A DNA stretch of 63,628 nt, the filler included, from Stramenopiles sp. TOSAG23-3 (lineage: Eukaryota): the NCBI GenBank assembly GCA_900128585.1. It is 14 parts of 14 records of this genome, joined end to end, with 100 filler letters (N's around TTAATTAATTAA, not from the genome) between each part and the next. Parts side by side here need not be neighbours in the genome. Positions count along the whole stretch, not along the records: positions 43,092 to 45,061 come from LT645195.1; positions 45,162 to 47,130 come from LT645196.1; positions 47,231 to 49,198 come from LT645197.1; positions 49,299 to 51,266 come from LT645198.1; positions 51,367 to 53,331 come from LT645199.1; positions 53,432 to 55,396 come from LT645200.1; 8 more parts are not named here. One strand, 5' to 3'. This document shows, piece by piece, positions 43,510 through 53,741 of the stretch. The position numbers and the translations under genes are program-made. The notes below the pieces were generated by a model. The model did not search any database and was not told where the DNA came from. It saw nothing but the letters and a program-made list of their open reading frames with translations. Each line of letters starts with the position of its first letter. Within the stretch, counting starts at the first letter, position 1.

Positions 43510-44799
43510 ATGGGGAACCGTTCGAGCCAACACGACTCTGCTAATACCGGTGCATCGCAGCGGCAACAGGAGCAACGGCAAGAACCGCCAGGAGAGCAGC
43601 AGCAGCCCCCGCGTCCGTCTTACTGGCAGATGGCAAAAGATGGGTACGACGAACTGGTAAACGCTATTATACGCCCGCCGCGAGCGGATTACGACGCTAG
43701 GGAACTTGGCCCCAAAACGTTCTCGGTGCGCAACCGCCGGTTTAAGAGGACCGATTTTGAGTTGCAGAATAAAATGTTTTTAAAAATTCAGTGCTCCCAC
43801 TGGGAACCGTACGAACGCACCGAAGCCCAGGCACAGTTGCCGTGTGTGGTGTATTTGCATGGGAACTCGTCGTGCCGGTGCGAGGCGTTGGAGTACGTAG
43901 AAACAGTGCTCTCCTTGGGGGTTACGCTCTTGTCCGTGGATTTTGCAGGGTGCGGGCAGAGCGAAGGCCAATACATATCTTTGGGGTACTTTGAACAGGA
44001 CGATGTGGCTACGATTGTGAAACACTTGAGGCAATTGGGGACGGTCTCCACAATAGCACTCTGGGGCCGGTCCATGGGAGCCGCGACTGCCCTTATGTTT
44101 GGTCATCGCGACCTGACCATTGCTGGGATGGTGCTGGACTCGCCCTTTTCAAATTTGAGCGTGTTGTGCAAGGAGCTGAGCTCGAAAGTAAATATTACGA
44201 TCCCAGGGTTTATGGTCAGTGGGGCTCTGTCGCTCATACGATCGACGATTAAAAACCGCGCTGGGTTTGACATCTACAAAGTGTCGCCGATTGAAAACGT
44301 GGACACGTGCTTCATTCCCGCCGTGTTCACGGCGGCGGACGACGATGACTTTATACTTCCGTCGCACACGCAGGCCATTCACGACAAATACGCCGGCGAC
44401 AAGAACTTGATGATGGTTCCGGGAGACCACAACACGCGGCGCCCACAGTATTTTCAGGATAGTGTTTCTATATTTTTGTTTTCCAGACTATGCCAGCCGA
44501 TGGGAGTAGACAGCAGTACGCTGAACAATTCGCTGTTGCCCAGTGCATCGATGGGGGCGTTGGGCCTTGGCAGTGACGGTCAAGCAGGGAGTGTCTCGGC
44601 GAGAGCGGCCAACGCTGGCGGGTCTTCGTCAACCCAGCTGGATTGGGGATGCCCAGCGTGTACATTCATCAACCAGCATCCTAGCGTGTGCGTAATGTGT
44701 CACACAGACAGGCCGGCGCAAAATACAGCTGTCAGCGCCTCCTCTGTTGTTTTGAACGGGGGCGGGGACAAGAAAGAAATAGGCGAGGATAAGGATTGA
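43510..44799 (+). CDS. Alpha/beta serine hydrolase with a C-terminal RanBP2/NZF zinc finger, 429 aa
   Basis: IIRPPRADY, YLHGNSSCR, DFAGCGQSEG, nucleophile GRSMG, DDFI, GDHN; finger WGCPACTFIN...CVMC; N-terminus MGNRSS. Confidence 0.88.
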   Translation: MGNRSSQHDSANTGASQRQQEQRQEPPGEQQQPPRPSYWQMAKDGYDELVNAIIRPPRADYDARELGPKTFSVRNRRFKRTDFELQNKMFLKIQCSHWEPYERTEAQAQLPCVVYLHGNSSCRCEALEYVETVLSLGVTLLSVDFAGCGQSEGQYISLGYFEQDDVATIVKHLRQLGTVSTIALWGRSMGAATALMFGHRDLTIAGMVLDSPFSNLSVLCKELSSKVNITIPGFMVSGALSLIRSTIKNRAGFDIYKVSPIENVDTCFIPAVFTAADDDDFILPSHTQAIHDKYAGDKNLMMVPGDHNTRRPQYFQDSVSIFLFSRLCQPMGVDSSTLNNSLLPSASMGALGLGSDGQAGSVSARAANAGGSSSTQLDWGCPACTFINQHPSVCVMCHTDRPAQNTAVSASSVVLNGGGDKKEIGEDKD

Positions 44800-45061
44800 G
44801 AAAATGTTTATGTTTGAAAATAAATAAATGTATAAAACCTTTTTTATTTTTAAAAACTTACTTTCGAGCTTTCTCACGATAAGGTTTAAAGTCTACGTAT
44901 CCCCTCCACCAGAGAGCGGGTTCCCCATATTATGAGTCAAAAACATGTGTTCAATTTCTTAAAAGTCTTTACAGGTTGTCTTACATGTGTGTGCGTTAAT
45001 AAGAAATTGAAGAGATTATAAAAGTGCGAGTACTTAGTAAATTATTTTCGCGTAATAATTA

Positions 45062-45161
45062 NNNNNNNNNNNNNNNNNNNNNNNNNNNNNNNNNNNNNNN
45101 NNNNNTTAATTAATTAANNNNNNNNNNNNNNNNNNNNNNNNNNNNNNNNNNNNNNNNNNNN
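45062..45161. other. Artificial contig-joining spacer
   Basis: N44-TTAATTAATTAA-N44. Confidence 0.98.
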
Positions 45162-47130
45162 GTACACCCAGTCCCACGCTGCTACCTTGCGGAGTGCACG
45201 AAATGTACTTGTGGGCGAAATGGAAGAGATGCAGCGTTCGGCGGATGCACGCATTAAATTGCTGGAGGACAAAGTTGCAGATCTGAAGCCGATAGAAATC
45301 CCCGAAGACAAAGAGGAAAAGAACGAATCGAACGGCAAGGTTGGGAGGTACACACTTGCAGCGCGCCAACGCAACAGAGAAATCAATTATTCCGCAGCTT
45401 CGCGACAGCTCCAGGATTTGTACACCAAGATGATGGACGGCAAGAACGACCCTGGCAAGAAAAAAGGAAAGCGCAGTCGCCTAAAAGCTCGCACAAAAAT
45501 AACAGGCGAAGGCACTGGAAATGCTCCCAACATGGACGTGATAATGAAAAACCGTAATCCCGCAGAGCGTGCTTCAATGTTAGAGCAAGTTTATAGAAGT
45601 TTCAACACGGCCGAGAAAGTGGACGTGGTGGCCTCCATGATGAGTGAAATGAACGAGGGGGAGAGGAAGCACCTGAATGCAGATTACATCACGGACCTTC
45701 CCGAAGACGAGAAAGTCGAAATACTGCGTGCGATGACGAAGGGGGTCGACGTGGATGAGCGTAGTATGATGATCGAAAATTTGTTGGAAGGGTTGACTGG
45801 CGATGAAAGAAGTGCGATGATCGTCGAAGAGCTCGATACGCTCCCAGACAAACAATTGCTGAAGCTCGTCACTACGTTGCTCTCGGAAAGTCTGAAGGAG
45901 AACGATCGGAAAGATATCATCAATGGCGTGCTCGAAGAGCTCAGCCAACGGGAAAAGGAGGAAACTGTGGTCGAATTGGTTGCTATGGTTGGGGACGCAA
46001 AATTGCGAAAGAAGTTGTTCCTCGCCTGCATTTCTGGGTTTCCCGAGAACGAACGGTCGCAGATTACCAACCAATTCGGGAAGCGAGAAACTAAGGAAAT
46101 TGGAGTGAACACGGAGGCCTTGTCGAAGAAAAGTCCCAAAGGCAAAAAGAAGAAGAAGGGCAGCGGGACAGCGAAGCAGATCCAGGAGCTGCCATCGTCC
46201 GTTCGGAATATGAACTGGGCAAAGTACTTGGTGGTGCGCCCATCGCATGTGAAGCATCGGGCAATTTCTGTCAACCGGGCGGAAAAGCTGATCGGGCACA
46301 TTTACAAGAAAAAGATTCTAGGGGACAAGATCGACGACCGCGAAGGCGCAAACCGGGTGTCGATGTGCGAGAACGTCTACCATTACTTTAGCCAAAAGTA
46401 TGGTATGAAGAAAATGGCAGAAGAATTCATTTACGGCATGGTAGACATCGCCCACAAATCGCGAGATAGGCACAAACGAGTGCACACGTTTGGGGTGCTG
46501 ATAGGCAAAATTGAGACGGAGTCATATTCTCCCGTAATTACTGATGCTGTCATGGCATGGTTGCAGCATGTGTACCCCCCCGAAAAGATCGGGTCCGCCA
46601 TGGATGATGGAGACGGAAAGACCTGGGCCCTCTTGTCGGCGTGTCAAAGTGCGTTCCGTAAGGTGTTTGTCCCAGTGGGGGGAGAAATACGCGAAGACGA
46701 GAAGAAGGACCTGGGAAAAAATAAATTTTACTTGCCAGCGCAGTCGTTCACAAACGCGGACAAACAGTTTCGGGAGTGGGCGAAGCCCGCTAAGGACATC
46801 GACGTGAAGGCAACGAAGAAAATGGGGTCGAAAGAAGTTATTGACGTGGACGAGGCCATGCATTACCTTATGGACGTGTACTTGCAGTACAATGACAGGA
46901 GCAGGCAGGAGCTGGTAGAGGCGGTCACCGCGTTTGATACAGATGGGGACGGGCAGATCAATTATCACGAATTCACGACCTTTATTAACGCTTGCTATAG
47001 CCCATACGTTCCCATCACGGACAGGCTCATCTCCAAATTGTGGATGGAAATGCAGGAGATTTTGGATCATATGGACACGGAAATGTTCTCCCCGCAGCTT
47101 GCGGCAGAGGTGTTTGCATCTGCGTCCATG
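45162..47130 (+). CDS. Large coiled-coil/helical-repeat protein with a TSNAXIP1-like region and an EF-hand, partial at both ends
   Basis: ORF open across the contig; IYKKKILGD...VYHYFSQKYGMKKMAEE...RVHTFG; EF-hand FDTDGDGQINYHEF. Confidence 0.6.
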
Positions 47131-47230
47131 NNNNNNNNNNNNNNNNNNNNNNNNNNNNNNNNNNNNNNNNNNNNTTAATTAATTAANNNNNNNNNNNNNN
47201 NNNNNNNNNNNNNNNNNNNNNNNNNNNNNN
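47131..47230. other. Artificial contig-joining spacer
   Basis: N44-TTAATTAATTAA-N44. Confidence 0.98.
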
Positions 47231-49198
47231 ACTAGTAAGTTATAACAATTTTCTTGCAGTCCATCCGTGCCTGTAGCGATTGCACTGGTGGCAATTAATA
47301 AATCCAGGTTGCCATTTACAAAATGGTCCAAATGTTCTCGCTTCTTTTCTGCAGTTTCATCGCCTGTGTAAAAATTCAACTTGATGTTAGAAATATTTTC
47401 TTTCATACCACTTTCTAGTATTTTTCGAATGCGCTTTCTTCTGACATCAATGTACTGTGTATACAACAATGTTTTAAGTCCTTGCTCTTTATTCTTTTTC
47501 ACTATTTCAATTAACTTTGGCAAACGTGCTTCTGTCAAAGCTATCTCAAGTTGCATGTTTGAAAATTTCGGAAATTTATTTTTTAGTTCGGTAAGAATCG
47601 TAGTACCATCAACTAGTTCAAATTTCAAATTTTCGGGTTTCACATTATTTTCAGGAGCTATTCTCAGTCCGCATTTCATTAATTCTCGATGTACAGCAGC
47701 GCAGTTTTCCGGCTTGAAATCATTTTTAAAGACGCTTTCATCCAGTTTCACCTTCCTGTCTGCAATAATGTTCATCAACGATTTTGCTTCTCGAAGTTTG
47801 TTGATTACCGGTGTGCCAGAAAGCCCCAAGACGAACATACGATGTGGAAATGTTTTGTTCTTCGCGCTTTTTCGACATTCGCGTACAAGTGTTGTTGCGG
47901 TTTCAACGCGATTTACATTTGTCGTGCCATCGTCATTCTCTGCTTCCTTTATTTGTTGAATTTCATCGAATACAACCAGTTCTATCGGAAACCCACCTTT
48001 TGCACAGCCCCGTACAAGGCTTTTTATCGCCCTTAATGAGTCAACTTGATCGTCTCCATCTTCTTTGGCTTTTTGCTGTAGCATCCCAATGCTTGCAACT
48101 ATGTACCGTCGATGTTTGGGTATAGTTTCACTCCATTTTTGTTTCCCGTTTTTTGCTTTGCCTAAATCTTTCGTGTTTTTAATAACACGTACATCGACAT
48201 TCTTGTACACCGATTCAATAACACCAGGCACAAACACTACCTGTCTTCTATCATTTTTTTTGTTGCACCCACCCCAGTAATCTACAACGCTGGAAGGACA
48301 TATTATAAGAGTGGTTTTCGCATTCATCTGTCTGCTTGCTAAAATTGCAGCAAGCGTTTTGCCTGTACCAGGGCGGCACCAATTTCCGACACCAGGGCGG
48401 TATTTTTTATTTGGGCATTCTCGTCGGTGCGAATTATTGGTCACACTATCTGCCTGTTTATTATACTCACATGCTTCGCATTTCGGTTCGTAGCATGGTA
48501 AACGCTCTGTTGTCATACATGCGGTTCGAGCTTGCATAAGAAACGGTACAACTTTCGCGCCTTTTCGTGTGTATTGATAGTTTGCTTCATCCGGAACATT
48601 TTTTTGAAGCTCTTGAGCTTTTGAAAACTCGGTCAGAAAACGGTTTTGAACTTCCCTGTCCCAAACATCATCCAATGTCGGCTGCGCTGCTTTTAATTTG
48701 TCAATAAATGTTATCTGGTAATCCTGATCGTTCAGCTGACGTTCAAGGGCGTTTATTTTATCTTGTGCAACATTAGCTTCTCGAATGTCACCAATTTTAT
48801 TTTTTGCTTTTTGAAGGTCGCCAATTTCTTCTCTCAATTGATGTTGCCGTTTTTCTAATTTTAGCACTTCCATCCAAAGCTTGTTTTTACTTGATTCAAC
48901 CAGGCTGTTTACCATATTAATGTCATCGGCAAAATATTTGCCACGACCTATGGATTCCATTACCTTGCGCACTAGGCTAGGAGTTTTCGATATAGCGACT
49001 GGTGATTGTTGATTTACCACTTTCAACTTCCCACCACTTCCTATTCCAGTTAGTGCTTCGACACTATACTCGATGCCGCAGGTAATACCATTTTGCTGCT
49101 GTTCGTCTGAATCAAAACGAGCGTCGATAATTTCTCCATTTGTTCCAACATGATCAACGATTAAATTAAACGTTTTGGAATTATCGTTTGGGTCAACA
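47231..49198 (-). CDS. Superfamily-2 helicase/ATPase of prokaryotic or viral appearance, partial at both ends
   Basis: One frame is open over the whole contig. Motif I PGTGKT, Ia IICPSSVVDYW, II VVFDEIQ, III GLSGTP, IV LLYTQY, V TSAIATGTDGLQ. Confidence 0.85.
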
Positions 49199-49298
49199 NN
49201 NNNNNNNNNNNNNNNNNNNNNNNNNNNNNNNNNNNNNNNNNNTTAATTAATTAANNNNNNNNNNNNNNNNNNNNNNNNNNNNNNNNNNNNNNNNNNNN
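49199..49298. other. Artificial contig-joining spacer
   Basis: N44-TTAATTAATTAA-N44. Confidence 0.98.
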
Positions 49299-50794
49299 AG
49301 GTGGCTAACTCTCTTCAAAAAAAGTGGTATCGCCAATTGATTACTCATACAAATACGAAAATGAATGTGTTGTTCGGACACTTCCAACCCGGCCTGAACC
49401 AGAGTTTTTCCTGACTTTTCCTCTGGGCTGCTCAACAGGCTGTGCGCTGATCCTCCCGAGGTGCGCAGGTATTCGGGGCCTCCCCAAGGTGGGGCCAGAA
49501 ATACAATGTCTCCCTGAATAGTAGGGGCAAGCTCGTAAAAATCCCCAATTAAAAATTCAATTTTATGTTCTACGCCATAAACGGAAGCATTTTTCTTTGC
49601 GCATTCAATCTTTCGCGGGTCGATATCGATGGCAATCACCTTGTCGCAGACTTCTGCGAAATGGATTGCATTCCCGCCAATTCCACAGAACCCATCTACT
49701 ATAATTTTACATTTACATTTTTTTGCTAAGTAAACTGCAATCGCTTCTGGGGTAACTGAGAAAAGCCCCTGAGCGTCCGTTTCGATCCCCTCGTCAAACT
49801 TACTAAAAAAGCGATACCGTTGGTCCCAATACTTTTCCATTGAGTCCCCGTACGGATTTTCCCGGTCTCCTTTTGTACGGGACTCGCCGATGCCATCATC
49901 TACTTCCTTTTTGTCCTTTCGGCTCGCGATTGCCTGTTCAAGCAACCGTTGTATGACGCTGCGGGAACTACCGCCGGGGCTCAGGTCTACATCGACGTCT
50001 ATCATGTCAATGTCGCTCGATCGAAGTACGGAAGACGGGTACAAGTATTGTGGTGTCTGCAGGTCCGTTACATGAAAATTTTCCAGTTTACCGTCCACGG
50101 CACTCAACCTGCCACGGACAGCAAGGTTTCCCGCCATGTGAAAAGTTGATTGGCGATTGAAGCCCTTGTCTTCAATTGCAAGAGTAAGTTCGTTCCAAAA
50201 CTGAAGACCTTGCAAGCGCTGGGATACTTCGGCACACCCTCCGCCATATCGTGGCTTGTCCAAAAAATTGTCAGACAAATAGATGTGCCTGGCAGTGTGC
50301 GAGTCCGGTCCACGCTTGGTTGCGCCAGAAACCGGTGAACCTCCGGTGCGCTCTTTTAATTGTGCCGCTAACATGCTATTTTCTATTTCCAGCTGCCGTA
50401 TTCTTCTTGCGCTACTCAGTGATTTTGGTGACGATGACGCTGACCAAACTGGTGAGCGTGAGGGAGATCGTGTGGGACTAGAGGCGTTGCTGTTCTTCCC
50501 TCCCGTTGAATTTTGTTTCACTTTCCATTCGTCCCTCAAGTGTCTCCACTCCCCGCTGAGAAACAACTCACGACATGATTCACAAAGGCCTGGGCCAGAA
50601 GAGCATTCATGACACCGAAGTACACTTCTTACACGTGTATCTATATGACCGTCCATGTTAGTGTCCAAAGAATCAATCTTTCCGTCCCCCGTTGTATCAA
50701 GGCCGTAAGCGTCTATTTTCCCGTCCCCAGTGGTGTCCAAGGGAACCCCTTTTGGGGAGGTATCCACGTCGCCATTATTCCCGTCACCGCTCAT
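49299..50794 (-). CDS. TGS1: Trimethylguanosine synthase with an N-terminal Gemin7-like domain, 3'-partial
   Basis: TGS1 signatures KYWDQRYRFFSKFDEGI, FSVTPEAIA, DGFCGIGGNAIHFA, IDID, NASVYGV, FLAPPWGGP; upstream NFHVTDLQTP...SVLRSSDI. Confidence 0.9.
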
Positions 50795-51266
50795 CAAACC
50801 CCGCCTTTTGCCGTATATCCTATTGCCTCTTTGTCTGCATTAGTTAAATGCGCACTAATGTTAATTCTTAATTTGGAGAATGTTCTTTTTACTGTGTACA
50901 CGCCATTGCTTTTCTCGTATTTATTGTATGCATGTGTGAAACATCTTCTTCTTTATAGTAGTTTTTTTCTTCTACCACCGACCAGTCGTCCTTGTATTAT
51001 TATTATTTGTTATGACCTTCCCTCCAACAAGGACACAACAGGAATCAACAAAGGGAAACAAGAGGGAGGAGAGGCGAGAAGAACGGCGATCCGATTCATT
51101 CTTCCGTGGTTCGATTTGGTCTATTATATTCGTACGGTACAGGAGTACAGCAGGAGGGTTTTAAATGAACAACTAAAAGCCTTGTCTTTTTTTTTTTTAC
51201 ATGTGTTTTGTTTACGGATTAGATATGTATTTCATGATCTATTTCAATTTTTCCAGGACTGGAAAG

Positions 51267-51366
51267 NNNNNNNNNNNNNNNNNNNNNNNNNNNNNNNNNN
51301 NNNNNNNNNNTTAATTAATTAANNNNNNNNNNNNNNNNNNNNNNNNNNNNNNNNNNNNNNNNNNNN
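51267..51366. other. Artificial contig-joining spacer
   Basis: N44-TTAATTAATTAA-N44. Confidence 0.98.
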
Positions 51367-51447
51367 GACTCCCTTGCGTTCGAGCGGAACGGTGAAAAGG
51401 GCATGTTTCTCCTGCAAAAGCAGGATGGCAGGTGGAAGAGAGGCTGA
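51367..51447 (+). CDS. Probable 3' end of a truncated gene (DSLAFERNGEKGMFLLQKQDGRWKRG*)
   Basis: GC-rich open frame at the contig start, ending in TGA just before an AT-rich spacer. Confidence 0.4.
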   Translation, partial: DSLAFERNGEKGMFLLQKQDGRWKRG

Positions 51448-51534
51448 ATTAAAAAATTTAATTTTTGTAGCACATAAATCGTAAATTTTAAAGAGATATC
51501 ATCATATACCTATGATAAAAAAACATTGGTATCA

Positions 51535-51594
51535 TATGAGGAAGCTAAATTTAATTACTTAGACTAAATAACAGCCAATTTTCTTGCTTTAAAA
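51535..51594. repeat. Dispersed non-coding element, well-preserved copy
   Basis: TATGAGGAAGCTAAATTTAATTACTTAGACTAAATAACAGCCAATTTTCTTGCTTTAAAA is near-identical to the reverse complement of 61491..61544. Confidence 0.8.
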
Positions 51595-51719
51595 AAAAAC
51601 ATACCTAAATAACAGCCAAATTTACTTTGTTTTTCAAGATATAAAGATATCATACTATGTATTTACTGTGTGTCAATTTAGATTTATGATTTCAAATATT
51701 ATTTCCTGTGATCTTTAAT

Positions 51720-53331
51720 TTACGCCCCCCTGGATAAGAAATTTTTCATTCTCCCAAAAAGTAGGGTCAAATTAATTCGACGATTCTTGTAGCCCTTCTT
51801 AAACACAAACCTATCCGATTCATGAAATAATTGAGAATGAAAGACGACCGCTCTATTTTCTCTGAACGGGACTACCCTCTTTTCTGCATTCACAGAGTCT
51901 AAAAACTCATAAATTTTTCCTTTACTGTCCAAAGCGTTGAAACTTGCAAAATCCCAGGTAACTGGTGCAGACGTCAAATACACAATCAGCCCTCCGGATG
52001 ATTCGTCTAAGTTTGCATCATTTTCCGTAATCCATATGTTAAAATTGACTTGTGCTGCGTCCGCGTGCACGTTTAAACCTTCTACATAACGTTGGTCGCA
52101 TTTGTAGGACCACATGTTAATCAGGGGCAGTTCCTTACGAAAAATACGGGGCATAAAGTGCTTCAGTTCTCGCTCGATCTGGCGCAGCAACGGCCCGTTC
52201 AACCCTTCGTCGTGGTAAGCTCCGAGGTATCCTGTTTTTACATCAAAATATATGGTGGACTCCAGTAGAAAGGATCGCAACTGCGACAAAGCCCCAAGAG
52301 ACAAAAGATTGTCTATAAATGTAAAACCAGGGGCATTCATAAAATAGTCTTGTTCAATTGCTGCAAAATTTAGCAGCGGGTTTATGGCATGCGGCGAAAC
52401 TGTAGTCAGCGTTGGAAGAGGCATGTACAACAGCATATTGTAGTACATTCCAATTTTGTCGATGTACTTTGGTCCAAGATATATGTACCTATCCTTCGTC
52501 TTGTTTGGCTTGTCATATTCCATCCCATAGACCTCCGTAAAATTTTGAACCACCAAAGAAAATGATGGTGGCAGCTTTCCAAGATCGATCAGATAATTCA
52601 TTTGCTGAATGTCGTGCTCCAACTTGTGCAGTGTAGTGAGAACAAACGTCCCTCTCGTCTGGCTGGCTATTGGAGACGACCCAACTACCTTCGGGTACGT
52701 TAACCTGGGCGTTGTATTTGGATTGGCACTCCTAGTTAAATCGAGATACTGTTCAGTGGAAAAGTTTTGATAGTAATCCATCGATATTTTCCTTCGCAAT
52801 GAAAACCACTTTTGCCAATCTTCGCCCATCTTTAAGGCACAGTTACCGCAGCAACATTCGTTAAGTGGAATACCCCCGTGGTTGCGAAGGCGCCGGTTCC
52901 TTAGGAACCACGCTTTGTGAACACTGATGTTGGTGCTGAGGCGATGCGCGCTACCTAAATTAAACGCCAAAACGCCCTCCGTGTCGCGAGCGAGTACACT
53001 CATACGCCGACGGTGGTCCATCGTCTGTTGCGGAAGGCTGTTCAGTAATTTACAGTACAGCCGTTGGAACCTGGCAGCCATGCCCTTTACCGTCAACATA
53101 TTGTCCTCTGCATACTGCTTTCCCCGCAGAGCAATCCCATTTTTACGATCATTCAGCGCATTCAATGCCGTATCGACTAAACTCCCAAGAGATGGTTCTG
53201 GGGCCACATACCCGATGTCAGCATTGTTGAGCGGCAAGTAATCGGCAATCCCTCCTACCCCGTAGGTAACCACTGGTAATCCAGCAAGTAGGCCCTCAAC
53301 CACGGCTAGCCCAAACGTCTCATTCAAGAGT
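51720..53331 (-). CDS. GT4/GT-B glycosyltransferase fused to a C-terminal 2OG-Fe(II) oxygenase-like domain, 5'-partial
   Basis: E-x7-E motif NETFGLAVVEGLLAGLPVV; later HAD...GGLIVY...VPFRENRAVVFHSQLFHES...RINLTLLFG. Confidence 0.75.
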
Positions 53332-53431
53332 NNNNNNNNNNNNNNNNNNNNNNNNNNNNNNNNNNNNNNNNNNNNTTAATTAATTAANNNNNNNNNNNNN
53401 NNNNNNNNNNNNNNNNNNNNNNNNNNNNNNN
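53332..53431. other. Artificial contig-joining spacer
   Basis: N44-TTAATTAATTAA-N44. Confidence 0.98.
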
Positions 53432-53741
53432 AAGAAGAGAAGAAAGAAGAAGAAAAGAAAGAGAAGAAGAGACGATGATGATGATGATTGCATTCCTTTC
53501 TTTCTTTCTTCCTTTCTTCTTCTTAACCTTCTTTCTTTGAAGACTAGATTGCATTTTCATTGAACAGTTTATATGTTCAATAATGATTCCTTCCGTTTAC
53601 ACAATTTGATTTGAATTTCTATTGTTTCAATATCTTATTTATTCACACACGGCTAGTCAGACACTTCTTTCTACCTCCCCCTCCCACGCTAACACACACA
53701 CAGACAGACACTAAGTTACTTCCGCACGAGAACGGAAAACA

